Source of the DNA: a virus | Taxonomy: Duplodnaviria; Caudoviricetes | Reading direction: 5' to 3' (one strand) | Virus record (IMG/VR): IMGVR_UViG_3300022719_000071 | Span: 296,470-360,469 of that record | Length of the DNA: 64,000 bases | Part shown: piece after piece, positions 37,452-47,161 of the stretch | Position numbering within the stretch: position 1 is the stretch's first letter | Layout: every line of letters begins with the position of its first letter | The notes under the pieces: generated by a model | What the model saw: the letters and a program-made list of their open reading frames with translations, nothing else | What the model was told of the DNA's origin: nothing | Databases searched by the model: none | Program-made: the position numbers and the translations under genes

Positions 37452-38171
37452 ATGGCAAAGAGAAACAAGAAGAATCAACAGTCCTTTTCGGAAACTCGAC
37501 GTAGGGTCGAGGTTTATCCAACCACCGCAGCACAGCGAGCATACGTTCACGCAATCAAAAACAATGATATCACATTCGGAGTCGGCCCAGCAGGTACAGG
37601 AAAGACCTTTATGGCAGCTTTGATGGCGATGTACTATCAGACCGAAGGTTTGGTGGACCGCATTGTTATTGCTCGCCCAGCGGTCAATGCGGGTGGGGAG
37701 GACATCGGTTTCCTACCTGGTGGTATACAATCGAAGATGGACCCATACGTCCGACCAATCTTTGATGCGTTCCGTACCTATTGGTCTCAACAGACCATTC
37801 AGGATCTAATGGCACGTGGTATCATCGAAATTGTCCCATTGGCATTCATGCGTGGCAGAACGTTCCGAAACACATTCATTGTTGCGGATGAGATGCAAAA
37901 CGCCACTCCCGATAATCTACTGATGTTACTCACTCGCTTGGGTGAGGACTCGAAGATGGTTGTGACTGGTGACCCCGTGCAGTCTGACATCAATGGTCAC
38001 TCCTGCTTTAGAATGGCGCAGAGTTCCTTACGCCTTGTTGATGAGGTAAAGTTCGTCACCTTTACCAATTCTGATATTGTGCGTCATCCTACGGTGGAGA
38101 AGATCCTAAGTGTTTGGCAGTTCGGCAAAAACAATAACGGGGCTGAGGCTATCGCCGTTGCAGTAGCATAA
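37452..38171 (+). CDS. phoH: PhoH-like ATPase
   Basis: GVGPAGTGKT, IARPAV, IGFLPG, PLAFMRGRT, ADEMQN, TGDPVQSD, VRHP; ATG 37452 after AGGAGG. Confidence 0.95.
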   Translation: MAKRNKKNQQSFSETRRRVEVYPTTAAQRAYVHAIKNNDITFGVGPAGTGKTFMAALMAMYYQTEGLVDRIVIARPAVNAGGEDIGFLPGGIQSKMDPYVRPIFDAFRTYWSQQTIQDLMARGIIEIVPLAFMRGRTFRNTFIVADEMQNATPDNLLMLLTRLGEDSKMVVTGDPVQSDINGHSCFRMAQSSLRLVDEVKFVTFTNSDIVRHPTVEKILSVWQFGKNNNGAEAIAVAVA

Positions 38172-38203
38172 GGTGATGCTCACATAACGCATTTCGGTGC
38201 GAT

Positions 38204-38231
38204 AAAGGGGGCCTAAGCCCCCTTTTTCTTT
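38204..38231. terminator. Bidirectional terminator
   Basis: AAAGGGGGC-CTAA-GCCCCCTTTTT between convergent genes. Confidence 0.75.
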
Positions 38232-38734
38232 AGTAATTCGTGATCATGTTTTGTTAGTCCCCTATATCGATTACTGCATACTTCAGTGATTATGCATACC
38301 GTGAGGAGAAAACAAAATCCTCCCCCGGTAAGGATAGTTATGAATATTCCAACCCAATGATTGATTAGTGCATCGGCATTCTGCCAACCAATACCAGTGA
38401 ACATTATCACAATTCCCCACAGCAAGGCTGGAATCGCAAATATAGTCAGCAACTCGTAAAAGAATTCGCTATCGTAGCTTGATATCTTGCCACTGATATT
38501 TCTATAGGATACTTTCAGTTTTGGGAGGGATTTGAAAGTCAGAAGCATATCAAAGTCAGAAGCATCGATGTTTTTAAATCGATACCACTTGCGAACTTGA
38601 CCATTCGGCATGTGTATCCAATGATACCCTTTGTTATCGAAAGTTTTGGACCGGTCGATTACAACAATACCGACTTGCTCTTCAGACTCATCACTGAGCA
38701 CTAATCGATGTTCTTTCTTTTCTGAATCGTTCAT
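38213..38734 (-). CDS. Hypothetical membrane protein (two TM)
   Basis: Two C-terminal hydrophobic segments. Confidence 0.55.
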   Translation of the reverse strand: MNDSEKKEHRLVLSDESEEQVGIVVIDRSKTFDNKGYHWIHMPNGQVRKWYRFKNIDASDFDMLLTFKSLPKLKVSYRNISGKISSYDSEFFYELLTIFAIPALLWGIVIMFTGIGWQNADALINHWVGIFITILTGGGFCFLLTVCIITEVCSNRYRGLTKHDHELLKKKGA

Positions 38735-38751
38735 ATGGATGTTGAAGCTTA

Positions 38752-38770
38752 GGGGGAGCTAGGCTCCCCC
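38752..38770 (-). terminator. Hairpin after NAMPT
   Basis: GGGGGAGC-TAG-GCTCCCCC; no clear U-tract. Confidence 0.45.
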
Positions 38771-38782
38771 GTCCATTACGGC

Positions 38783-40222
38783 TCAAGCTGCACTGGAGAA
38801 TGTATCAGCCTCCGGTTCCACCGTCAAGAATTCCAGAGCACGCTCACGAACCTCGTCAAGAGTGGTCTTCATCAAAAGGTTACCGTTCATGTAAACCGTC
38901 TTGAGTTGGTTGGCACGTGAGTCTGAAAGATCTTCCTCACGAATCGTCTTGTACTCGCCATCCTTTTGGATGAGAGCCAAACGCCCACGCTTGGACTTCT
39001 TCGTGCTCTGCGTGATTGGATCCTTGTAGACATCCCTCCACTGACCATCCACCCTGGCAGCCGAAGCCTTCATGGCAAAGTTCAGTGTGTCACGATTGAC
39101 ATGTTGAAGCATGGCACCGCCCATTCCGAATGCAATGTTGTCCGTGCTCAAATTTGCAGCCTCCATGGCTTCCAGAATCTTGACGATGCTGTAGTAGTTG
39201 ATACCGTCGCCCTGGATCACACGAACGTAAGAGGGGAGTACCTTGAACCCCTTGCTGTTGTACACGAAGCCAAACTCATGCATCAACTCCTCGATGACAT
39301 CGACGACGACCTTGGGAGGATCACCCGAATCAGGGCGAACCACAAGGGTGCCGCCACCCTCAATGATCTGGTTCTTCAGGCTTCCCCACTTACGGCACGC
39401 AGCCATGATATCGTACGAGTCCGATACGGTAGCGTACAGCTTGCCCTCACCAGCGAACTTGACAATCATGTTCTCGAATGCCTTGATCTCCTGATCAGGA
39501 CCGCCCCACACCGTGATGGTGCTGTGCTCGGCAGCGGGGATGGAGAAGCCAGCCATGTCCGCACCGTAGTAAGCACGAGCATAGCGTAGCGACTCGACCG
39601 TATCCGTGCCCATAAAATGGACAAGATGCGCAAGACCACCGATACCAGCAGACTCGTTGCTGGATGTGCCACGAGCGCCGAAGTCATGCAGCTTGAACAT
39701 GGCATCCATGTTCGGGTTCTCGCTGTCAGACGTACGCTTCAGCGACTGCATGATGGCCTTCTTGATGGCCATGTCCTGCGTTGCGACTGTAGTAGGATAC
39801 CATACGGCACGCAACAGCGCCGTCTCCAGGTAGCTGGTCAGCCACGGAACCTCCGGGTCGGTGTTCTTGATCTGAACCATGACGTTACCCGTCTTGAGGC
39901 TGAATCCCTCCGGGATAGCCTGGATGCATACAGGCAGCTTACCGTCGTGCGTGTCCAGGATGTACTGCCAGCCTTCACGATTGAATGGCTCGCCGTGCGC
40001 CGTCAGGATTTCATCAGCTTCTTCGATGTCCTCCTGGGTGAATGGCTCGGACAAATACTCCATTAGGAACATCTGAAGCCCGAAGAAAGTCGTGTGCGTC
40101 CATTCCGGATATTCCGAACCACGGCTCTCAATGTAGGACGAAACGATTTCAGTACCGTGAGGGTACTGAAGGAAGTGACTCGCCTTGTACGAGTCTGTGT
40201 TAAGTAGAATATTCTTCCTCAT
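38783..40222 (-). CDS. nadV: Nicotinamide phosphoribosyltransferase (NAMPT)
   Basis: LNTDSYKASH, YIESRG, LHDFGARG, SIPAAEHST, VSDSYD, VVRPDSGDP, IQGDG, AFGMGG, KSKRG. Confidence 0.96.
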   Translation of the reverse strand: MRKNILLNTDSYKASHFLQYPHGTEIVSSYIESRGSEYPEWTHTTFFGLQMFLMEYLSEPFTQEDIEEADEILTAHGEPFNREGWQYILDTHDGKLPVCIQAIPEGFSLKTGNVMVQIKNTDPEVPWLTSYLETALLRAVWYPTTVATQDMAIKKAIMQSLKRTSDSENPNMDAMFKLHDFGARGTSSNESAGIGGLAHLVHFMGTDTVESLRYARAYYGADMAGFSIPAAEHSTITVWGGPDQEIKAFENMIVKFAGEGKLYATVSDSYDIMAACRKWGSLKNQIIEGGGTLVVRPDSGDPPKVVVDVIEELMHEFGFVYNSKGFKVLPSYVRVIQGDGINYYSIVKILEAMEAANLSTDNIAFGMGGAMLQHVNRDTLNFAMKASAARVDGQWRDVYKDPITQSTKKSKRGRLALIQKDGEYKTIREEDLSDSRANQLKTVYMNGNLLMKTTLDEVRERALEFLTVEPEADTFSSAA

Positions 40223-40239
40223 AATAGAACTCCTCTATT
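40223..40239 (-). promoter_or_regulatory. RBS pentaloop hairpin (NAMPT)
   Basis: AATAGA-GGAGT-TCTATT-ATG. Confidence 0.7.
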
Positions 40240-40461
40240 TTAAATGCCTCGGGTCTATTCCCAAGGATTGTTCTCGGGAGAGTCACACCGTTATTGGTGC
40301 AACCCTCTCATCGATTTGATGTTCCCATTTGGCTAGCTTCGTTCCAGACTATTGGTATGTCGAACGAAACCACCAGTCTTCTGTATGTCTTTAACATGTA
40401 GTACGCTGGATATATGGTTTGCATGGTTTATCCCATCGTGCTCGGACTGATTCTTTGCTCA

Positions 40462-41538
40462 TTACAGATCTCCTGTCATCTTCTTGATGATGTGATAGTG
40501 GTCCTCGAAGAACATCTCTGGCTTGATGTCCGCAAGCGGAATCCAATATGCCTTTTTGGCGTCAGATGAACCCTTGACCTTGGGCAGCCCCTTGGGATCT
40601 GGCGGCAGCACAATCAGAAATGTATAGCTGAAAATACGCCCACGTCCAGACCGGTGAGGATCATCGAATACATCACGCTTCTTGATATTTCCACGAAGCA
40701 CCGGGGAAGGAACCTTGAGCTTGGTTTCTTCACGAAGTTCACGGAGCATGCCATCTTCCAGTGTTTCCTCGGGATTGATAAATCCACCCGGCATTGCCAC
40801 CAAACCCTTGCCAGGATTGGCACCACGCTCGATCACCAGGACGTGACCAGACTGCACAATGCAAGCATCCACCGTCGTGTGTGTGGCGGTGTGATTCACG
40901 CCCCGGAAGCTGTGATCAGCACGGTATTTTATCACGTACTCATGCTCGTCACGCATGCGCTCGAAGTCCTCGGACTTCTGAAACTCTGCCAAGAAACGAA
41001 CGGTGGCATTGGGGATACCCTCTGCCAGTTCTCTGCTGATCTCTTTGTTGAAGAAAGCATTTCGGATTTCGGTGGCGTTCACCATGTGACGGTCGGTGAA
41101 CGCAGGAACGTCGATGGTTGACCAATGCGGAAACAGGGATAGGTAATAGCTGGTGTGGTCCTTGTTGTGACCAATCAGAGATACCCTGGGTGGATTATCC
41201 GTCCACCCGAATTCACGGCGGTCTACCTCGATGGCTGTCTTGACCAGCCTCTGAACCTCAGTGATCCAGCCTTGGTTGTTGTACATGTGATCCACGAGGG
41301 GAACGATGATGAGCCGGTTGGCGTCGAATTGGCTGACCTCTTCCAGCACCCAGTTATTGATGACTTGCTTACGCTCCTCGAACGTGAACGGGTTGCGCCA
41401 GCTACGTGCCGCATCAGATGAACCCACGAGGATGATTACTTTGTCGGACTGCTCAAGAGCCTTCTCGATGACTCTAGCATGTCCATAGTGAAATGGTTGA
41501 AAACGGCCAATGAAGACCGTGTAGTCGTACTTTTGCAT
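40462..41538 (-). CDS. nadM: Bifunctional NMN adenylyltransferase / Nudix hydrolase
   Basis: FIGRFQPFHYGH, NPFTFEER, GHNKD, NATEIR; Nudix box GGFINPEETLEDGMLRELREET. Confidence 0.95.
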   Translation of the reverse strand: MQKYDYTVFIGRFQPFHYGHARVIEKALEQSDKVIILVGSSDAARSWRNPFTFEERKQVINNWVLEEVSQFDANRLIIVPLVDHMYNNQGWITEVQRLVKTAIEVDRREFGWTDNPPRVSLIGHNKDHTSYYLSLFPHWSTIDVPAFTDRHMVNATEIRNAFFNKEISRELAEGIPNATVRFLAEFQKSEDFERMRDEHEYVIKYRADHSFRGVNHTATHTTVDACIVQSGHVLVIERGANPGKGLVAMPGGFINPEETLEDGMLRELREETKLKVPSPVLRGNIKKRDVFDDPHRSGRGRIFSYTFLIVLPPDPKGLPKVKGSSDAKKAYWIPLADIKPEMFFEDHYHIIKKMTGDL

Positions 41539-41555
41539 GATAAGACTCCCTTATC
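41539..41555 (-). promoter_or_regulatory. RBS pentaloop hairpin (NadM-Nudix)
   Basis: GATAAG-GGAGT-CTTATC-ATG. Confidence 0.7.
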
Positions 41556-41557
41556 TA

Positions 41558-42430
41558 TTATGCAGCTACCAATCGATTCGGTAACCTGACCTTAATCCAC
41601 TGTTCCTGAATTCTTCCTCCAGGAAAAAACTTCTGCTCTTTGACCTGTCCGGTCTTCGGGCAGTGACCCTTAGTGACAGGATACGTGGTGCTGACCTCGC
41701 CATTAGCATATAAGTTCACGCTCTCCACTGCGACGTAATGAACGTCCCACACCGTCACTCGGACTCCCCTCCAATCGTACGTAGGCATGCCCAGGATGTT
41801 CTCAACTTGCTGAGCCCTACCAGACAACGGATCACCAATGTGGGGCTGTCCGTAAGGTTCACGGAGATTGACGACCGGAATGCCAAGTTCACGTGCTGTG
41901 TCCAGTGTACGGAAAATATCACCAGAGTCAACAGTCTGAGGCGTCATGACCACGTTCAGCTTACCTGGACGCTTCTCCATTAGCTTCAGAATGGCACGAA
42001 CATCGGGTGCCTTGCCCATACCCATGGTCTCGGCGTACAACGCATCATCAAAGCTTGTAATCGACAAACTGTACTTGTCGAACAACTTCATCACATCCGG
42101 ACGCTTGAGGGCTAAAACTCCATTGGTACGGAGACCGAAACGAAGACCAGGGATGTACTTGTCCAGGTACGCACGCAGCTTGTCCATGTGAGCATACATC
42201 AATGGATCAGTGTTGGAACCAGTGACGTTGATTTCCGTGATATTATGCTTGCGGCATTCGAGCACAAAACGATGCAGATTCTGTAACGGATAGGTATTGA
42301 GATTGTTGTATGGGTCGAGTGCCATCATGTGCTGACCGATGCAGAAATAGCATGCACGGTTGCATGGCCCTGAAAGATGGATGTTGCCAAACCAATGGCT
42401 AAACTGACCCTGTGAATTCAAACAGCCCAT
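41558..42430 (-). CDS. Radical SAM protein
   Basis: CNRACYFC (CxxxCxxC), NVTGSNTDP, LRTNG. Confidence 0.85.
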   Translation of the reverse strand: MGCLNSQGQFSHWFGNIHLSGPCNRACYFCIGQHMMALDPYNNLNTYPLQNLHRFVLECRKHNITEINVTGSNTDPLMYAHMDKLRAYLDKYIPGLRFGLRTNGVLALKRPDVMKLFDKYSLSITSFDDALYAETMGMGKAPDVRAILKLMEKRPGKLNVVMTPQTVDSGDIFRTLDTARELGIPVVNLREPYGQPHIGDPLSGRAQQVENILGMPTYDWRGVRVTVWDVHYVAVESVNLYANGEVSTTYPVTKGHCPKTGQVKEQKFFPGGRIQEQWIKVRLPNRLVAA

Positions 42431-42444
42431 AGGAACCCCCTATG
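42428..42444 (-). promoter_or_regulatory. RBS pentaloop hairpin (radical SAM)
   Basis: CATAGG-GGGTT-CCTATG, with the ATG inside the stem. Confidence 0.65.
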
Positions 42445-42479
42445 TTATTGGATTGCCGTTGGTCGATCCAGCGGACCTC

Positions 42480-42511
42480 ATTTATATATATACCAAAGGT
42501 TCAAAAGTCAA
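42480..42511 (-). promoter_or_regulatory. sigma70-like promoter for radical SAM-NAD operon
   Basis: TTGACT-N17-TATATA on minus strand. Confidence 0.6.
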
Positions 42512-42553
42512 TACCCTAATAGAAACTTTAACGCCCCGTCATCAGAGGTTGGT

Positions 42554-43063
42554 CTAGTCCAGACCGTCCCGGTCGTATCGGCGAAGCTGGGGATTGATCT
42601 CAGCGTTCTTTTGTTCCTGCTGGAGCGCACCACGCCCGTCACCGAAGGGAGACCAGTAGACCTCTTCGTACATACCGTTTTCGACTCGGAACGTGAACGT
42701 TGACTTCTCGTGTTCAGCCAGCAGATACTGTTCTGCGTGCTGACCGTCACGTAAGGTCTTGGGCAGGAAGACATAGCCACCCTTGATGGTATCCAGGTCG
42801 GACAGTTTTTCAGGCGGCTCGGTACCAGGAACCCACAGATGAGAATGGAGTTCATACCGAGTGAAGTTCATCTCTTCGATCTTGACCTCGGTCGGGTTCA
42901 AAAGAACGAAGATCACCTTCTGCTCCTCGGTCGGCTTGTGAGCGTCCTCCATCGAGGATGGAATTTGCACCATGGCAATCTCGATTTGCCGCTCCAGGTC
43001 CACCAGAGAGGCATACAGAGATGATGTAGCAGTGGACTGCCCCGAAAGAATTATCTTGCTCAC
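42554..43063 (-). CDS. Hypothetical protein
   Basis: 169-aa ORF. Confidence 0.55.
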   Translation of the reverse strand: MSKIILSGQSTATSSLYASLVDLERQIEIAMVQIPSSMEDAHKPTEEQKVIFVLLNPTEVKIEEMNFTRYELHSHLWVPGTEPPEKLSDLDTIKGGYVFLPKTLRDGQHAEQYLLAEHEKSTFTFRVENGMYEEVYWSPFGDGRGALQQEQKNAEINPQLRRYDRDGLD

Positions 43064-43272
43064 TTCGGTTCTCCTATCGCTGGACGAAGTATGTTCCTAC
43101 CGAGTGCCATGTACACGAACATCGTGAGTTGATGATCCTCAGTGTTGTTGGACTTAGGCATACGAATAAACCATTCGTTATGTCTCTCAGCCATTGCCAG
43201 GAACTCAGTATACTGCAATTCCCAGTCGAACTGAATACCCTCATCCTTAAACCACTGTGGGAATGACGGCAA
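43060..43272 (-). CDS. Hypothetical protein
   Basis: Overlaps the next start. Confidence 0.45.
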   Translation of the reverse strand: MPSFPQWFKDEGIQFDWELQYTEFLAMAERHNEWFIRMPKSNNTEDHQLTMFVYMALGRNILRPAIGEPK

Positions 43273-43407
43273 TGTTCAATTGCCAACGAAATTCGCCCTT
43301 TGGCCCTTTTGTCAGGTTGAGCACCATGAAACTGGTCATCGGTATGAACCTCATTGGAAAATTTTGGCGTAAGTGCCTAAATAGAGGGTATCACAGAGGA
43401 CTCCAGA

Positions 43408-43872
43408 ATGTCAATAGACGGCTTCCGACCAATCGTAGACGCACTAATCGAGGGCGACGACGCCAAGGCCACAGATTATCTGCTCATGGAGAACAGTGAG
43501 CAGCAAATTCTACGGTCCCTAGGCGGTGACCGCATGCCCATGAACTATATGTTGAAGTTCGAGGAATATCTGGACGACCATGATATCTACCTATTTGATG
43601 GTTGGGATTCCGACGAATGCCACATCGCATACACCCCCAAGATTGACAAATTCTGGTGCACCTTTTACCTGTTCTGCCCAGAGGGCACTGACCTTCGTGG
43701 TGCATCACGTATCACAAACGATCAGGAAGGCCAGAATCAAGTGAAGGTCAAGAGGGTCGAAGGCGGCAGCATCGTCATGTTCAGGATTCTAAAGCGCTAT
43801 TTAGATCAGGTCGAAGCCAAGAACCGAGAAAAAGCAGAAGAACTTTCGAAGGAAGAAATGGAATTCATGTAA
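43408..43872 (+). CDS. Hypothetical late protein
   Basis: TAAATA at 43378 and GAGGA RBS. Confidence 0.7.
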   Translation: MSIDGFRPIVDALIEGDDAKATDYLLMENSEQQILRSLGGDRMPMNYMLKFEEYLDDHDIYLFDGWDSDECHIAYTPKIDKFWCTFYLFCPEGTDLRGASRITNDQEGQNQVKVKRVEGGSIVMFRILKRYLDQVEAKNREKAEELSKEEMEFM

Positions 43873-43885
43873 AAAACAATGACCG

Positions 43886-46213
43886 ATGCGACTATCAGAA
43901 TTTTTCGTATTATTGGAGGCTAAGGATCGATTGACATATATCGCATCGACCCTTCAGAAAAAACTCCTCAAGAAATTTCAGAATGACTATGAGGCCAAGA
44001 AGCTTCGTGGCACGTCTGTTAATACGATCTTGAAAAGCGTCAAGCAAGGCGATTTTGTAGAAGCCGCCAAGGACATGGTGGAATTTTTCGCAGCCGCAGA
44101 TCCCTCACGTAACAACAAGTTTACAGACTGGATTGTCCGTCAATGGTTAACGGACAAGGTTTTGTGGGAGGATGCTTATAAGCTGAAGGACTTGTTGGAA
44201 GAATTTGATAAGCATCGCAAAACCCTTGAAATCAAGGACATTAATGGGTTCAAGGATTATCGTGATCTGGAAGATGCTCTCAAGCCACATATTGGTAAAG
44301 CCTCTGCCGGTGTTCGTGTCAAGAACTTCATGGACAAGGACCAAACCAAGTCTCTGATGAAGAAGACTGCTCCGGATCCAGAAAGCGATGATATCAAGGT
44401 GGCATACAAAAAGAGGCAGGAAGAGTCTACCGATGTACCTCAATGGTTTTATGATGCCGAGGTTGAAAATGTCACTCACATACTGGATAATGAAACAGAT
44501 TCTGAAATCTTTTACGATGAAGCAGAGAGTTACTTAGACCCAGACGAATTCACAGATGAGGATGGTAATCGTGATGAAGAAGCTTGGGATCTAGCACTAA
44601 CAGATTATGCAGAAGATTTGAGGCAGCAGTATATCAGGAGCAAATTAGAAAATGAAATTAGTGAGCTTTGGCAGGAATATCGTGAGAAACAGGATGATGA
44701 ATTCAATCGTGAGTTAAAATACGCACCACAAGTTCCTGAGCTTGTTCCTTTCTATACAACTGATCGTCTGGCTGTCCTCATCCCGAACACCGAAGAAGCA
44801 GCTTGCTACGTAGGCTCAGGTACGCAATGGTGCACGGCTGCGACCAATGCCGAGAACTACTTTTGGGAGTACCGCCTGGATGGACCGATATACGTTGTAC
44901 TGACAGACAAGTTAGGCAAGTATCAGTTCCATTTTGAGTCCGCTCAGTACATGGATGAGAAAGATCGACAGATTGGTAATACCGGTGTCTTACAGAAGTT
45001 AGTCTCGAATTACCCAGAGCTTCAAGAAGCATTCAAGGAGAAGGCCAAGCAGTTCTACGAGCTATGGCTTATGCCAGTAGGTGAAATTACGGAAGGAATG
45101 TGGGCAACCTTGTTTCAAGCAGGATTGAATTATGAAAATGCAATAGCCCAAGTAGTTGCTGGGCGTGATGATGAATATGACTGGAATCCATCAGACACTA
45201 CTGAACTAATTGCACGTGCATATGTGGTTCACAAAGATCGCATGCCAGACAAATGGGTTGGAAGGTACAAGGACTACTTGTTGAATAGTGCTAAGAACAA
45301 AGCTTTCGAGAATGGGTGGCTAGAAAAGGATGAGTTGGACAACAACGCTCTTAATTCCATGATGAGAAACTTCCAGAACGAGTCACGAAATAACAAGGAG
45401 GAGTTTATCAAGTGGCTAGTGACCAACGGAGTCGATATCAATCGTGAGACCTGGGCATACTTGGTTAGAATGTTACCGAATACTTTGATGTTTATTCCAA
45501 ACGAATTCATTACACCAGATATGGTAGCCAGAGCACTATCAGCAAATGTAGAAGGAAGTCGTTCCATTCCAGGAGTCTATCAAGGTAAGTCCAAGATACC
45601 TTTGTTCAACCTACTGCATGAATATAAGAGTGCTCGTGATACAACAACACAAAATCCCTTTAAGCAAACTTACATTGACAATGGAAAGAAGATTATCTCC
45701 ATTGTCAATGAGCAACAGATAAAGGAAGCTATTAACGGTGAAGATGCGTTAGGGTTCTTACATTTGATGCAGGACCATTTTGGTGATTTCCCATGGGCAT
45801 ATGCCATCGAGCGTTCACCACGTGACAGCCGTGAGCTTGCGGTCATTGCACAACAGTTGGCATTCTACCTGAATCCAATGTTTAACTCTGGTATCAAAAC
45901 CAAACTGAATCGTGATCAACTCATCAATGCCATCATATCCAAGCGCCCGGATACCATTCAGGTTTTGAGTAAGTTCATAGAGACTCCTAATGCCCTTCAT
46001 GGTTTCCATGAGAGAGTCAAAGAAGCGGTATTGAATGCAGATAACTGGCGTCGTGGTGAAGCCATTTTGAATGAAGTGTCCGATTGGATCACCAAAGATC
46101 TTCATGACGAATTATGGGCTCATTTGAGACAACAACGAGATAACGAAGTGAACATTGAACTAGCAAAGAAACGTGCATACGCTGATTCCGCTGGTAACCA
46201 GCCAGAAAGATAA
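43886..46213 (+). CDS. Leader-bearing WCT-family protein 1
   Basis: MRLSEFFVLLE|A; ADPSRNNKFTDW; AACYVGSGTQWCTAA; KYQFHFES. Confidence 0.75.
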   Translation: MRLSEFFVLLEAKDRLTYIASTLQKKLLKKFQNDYEAKKLRGTSVNTILKSVKQGDFVEAAKDMVEFFAAADPSRNNKFTDWIVRQWLTDKVLWEDAYKLKDLLEEFDKHRKTLEIKDINGFKDYRDLEDALKPHIGKASAGVRVKNFMDKDQTKSLMKKTAPDPESDDIKVAYKKRQEESTDVPQWFYDAEVENVTHILDNETDSEIFYDEAESYLDPDEFTDEDGNRDEEAWDLALTDYAEDLRQQYIRSKLENEISELWQEYREKQDDEFNRELKYAPQVPELVPFYTTDRLAVLIPNTEEAACYVGSGTQWCTAATNAENYFWEYRLDGPIYVVLTDKLGKYQFHFESAQYMDEKDRQIGNTGVLQKLVSNYPELQEAFKEKAKQFYELWLMPVGEITEGMWATLFQAGLNYENAIAQVVAGRDDEYDWNPSDTTELIARAYVVHKDRMPDKWVGRYKDYLLNSAKNKAFENGWLEKDELDNNALNSMMRNFQNESRNNKEEFIKWLVTNGVDINRETWAYLVRMLPNTLMFIPNEFITPDMVARALSANVEGSRSIPGVYQGKSKIPLFNLLHEYKSARDTTTQNPFKQTYIDNGKKIISIVNEQQIKEAINGEDALGFLHLMQDHFGDFPWAYAIERSPRDSRELAVIAQQLAFYLNPMFNSGIKTKLNRDQLINAIISKRPDTIQVLSKFIETPNALHGFHERVKEAVLNADNWRRGEAILNEVSDWITKDLHDELWAHLRQQRDNEVNIELAKKRAYADSAGNQPER

Positions 46214-46221
46214 ATATAACC

Positions 46222-46365
46222 ATGAAAAGCATTGAATGATACCATGGCTAGACAACAGGAATTGCTGAGCCATTTCTAAGGCGTCATGCAGATGATTATC
46301 CTGCTGGACACCCAAGACAACAACCAAAATTAAAATCCATGAAAGACGAAGAGATACTAGGATAA
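46222..46365 (+). pseudogene. Decayed ORF remnant
   Basis: Single frame from ATG with two internal stops, behind TAAATA at 46211. Confidence 0.35.
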
Positions 46366-46369
46366 ACAC

Positions 46370-47161
46370 ATGTGGCTGCTTGAAAATCGATATCGAAAAG
46401 GCGAACGCATCTCTCGTGTATTTTCTTCAAGAAAAGATGCCGAACATCAACTAGAACGTTTGGGACCGATTATCTCTGGGCACTATCGTGTCGTTTATGA
46501 GTCAGGCGATCCAACGGTAGATCGCATGTTGACCGAAGGTTTGGTTCGAGGAGACCTGGAGAACATTCTTCTTCCACGTGTGTCCATCGATGAGTACGTT
46601 CCTGCTGACCCGGATACTGATAACGTAGTGGTGGCTTTCTTCATCAAGGGTGAGCCAAAGGCCACCATACCATTAAAGAACTTCGTAGAGCATTCTTCCG
46701 GAGTTCTTAGTACAGACTATGGTGATTCCGAGACCATCGTAAACACTCAGATTGTATACGCCGAGTTCGACCGTGAAAACCTAGAACTGGATGATATTCA
46801 TGGCTTAATGGTTCAGATAGCCATGCTATCCGGGTTGGAAGTCGATGATTTCACTATGACCTTCCCACATACCAACAAGAAGTTTCCCTACGAAATCAAT
46901 CTGATGGGCCGATACTTTCGCACTCGTAATGAGCGTAAGAACCGTGAAGCTCAAAAGCGTGCCGAGATCGAACGCCAGAAGAAGATTGACAAGGAACTTC
47001 AGAAACTCCATCAGCAGGATCAGGAACAGCCTTCGAAGCCTGAGCAAGCCCAAAACCAGGGGACAGAGCAAAGAGAGCCTCAGACGCCCGCTGAGGCTCT
47101 GGGAGAGATGCCTGTGAAGGAATCTTTGATCAATAGGCTGGCACAACTGCCAATCGTCTAA
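46370..47161 (+). CDS. Hypothetical late protein
   Basis: MWLLE|N, MLTE|G; SIDEY, VVVAFF. Confidence 0.7.
   Translation: MWLLENRYRKGERISRVFSSRKDAEHQLERLGPIISGHYRVVYESGDPTVDRMLTEGLVRGDLENILLPRVSIDEYVPADPDTDNVVVAFFIKGEPKATIPLKNFVEHSSGVLSTDYGDSETIVNTQIVYAEFDRENLELDDIHGLMVQIAMLSGLEVDDFTMTFPHTNKKFPYEINLMGRYFRTRNERKNREAQKRAEIERQKKIDKELQKLHQQDQEQPSKPEQAQNQGTEQREPQTPAEALGEMPVKESLINRLAQLPIV

Noticed and set aside
40266-40461. NAD riboswitch or small ORF between nadM and nadV
   Set aside because: No recognisable riboswitch consensus; frames are broken by stops. A cmsearch would settle it
46222-46365. YHG motif as an ADP-ribosyltransferase remnant
   Set aside because: Three residues flanked by stops; insufficient evidence for a family call
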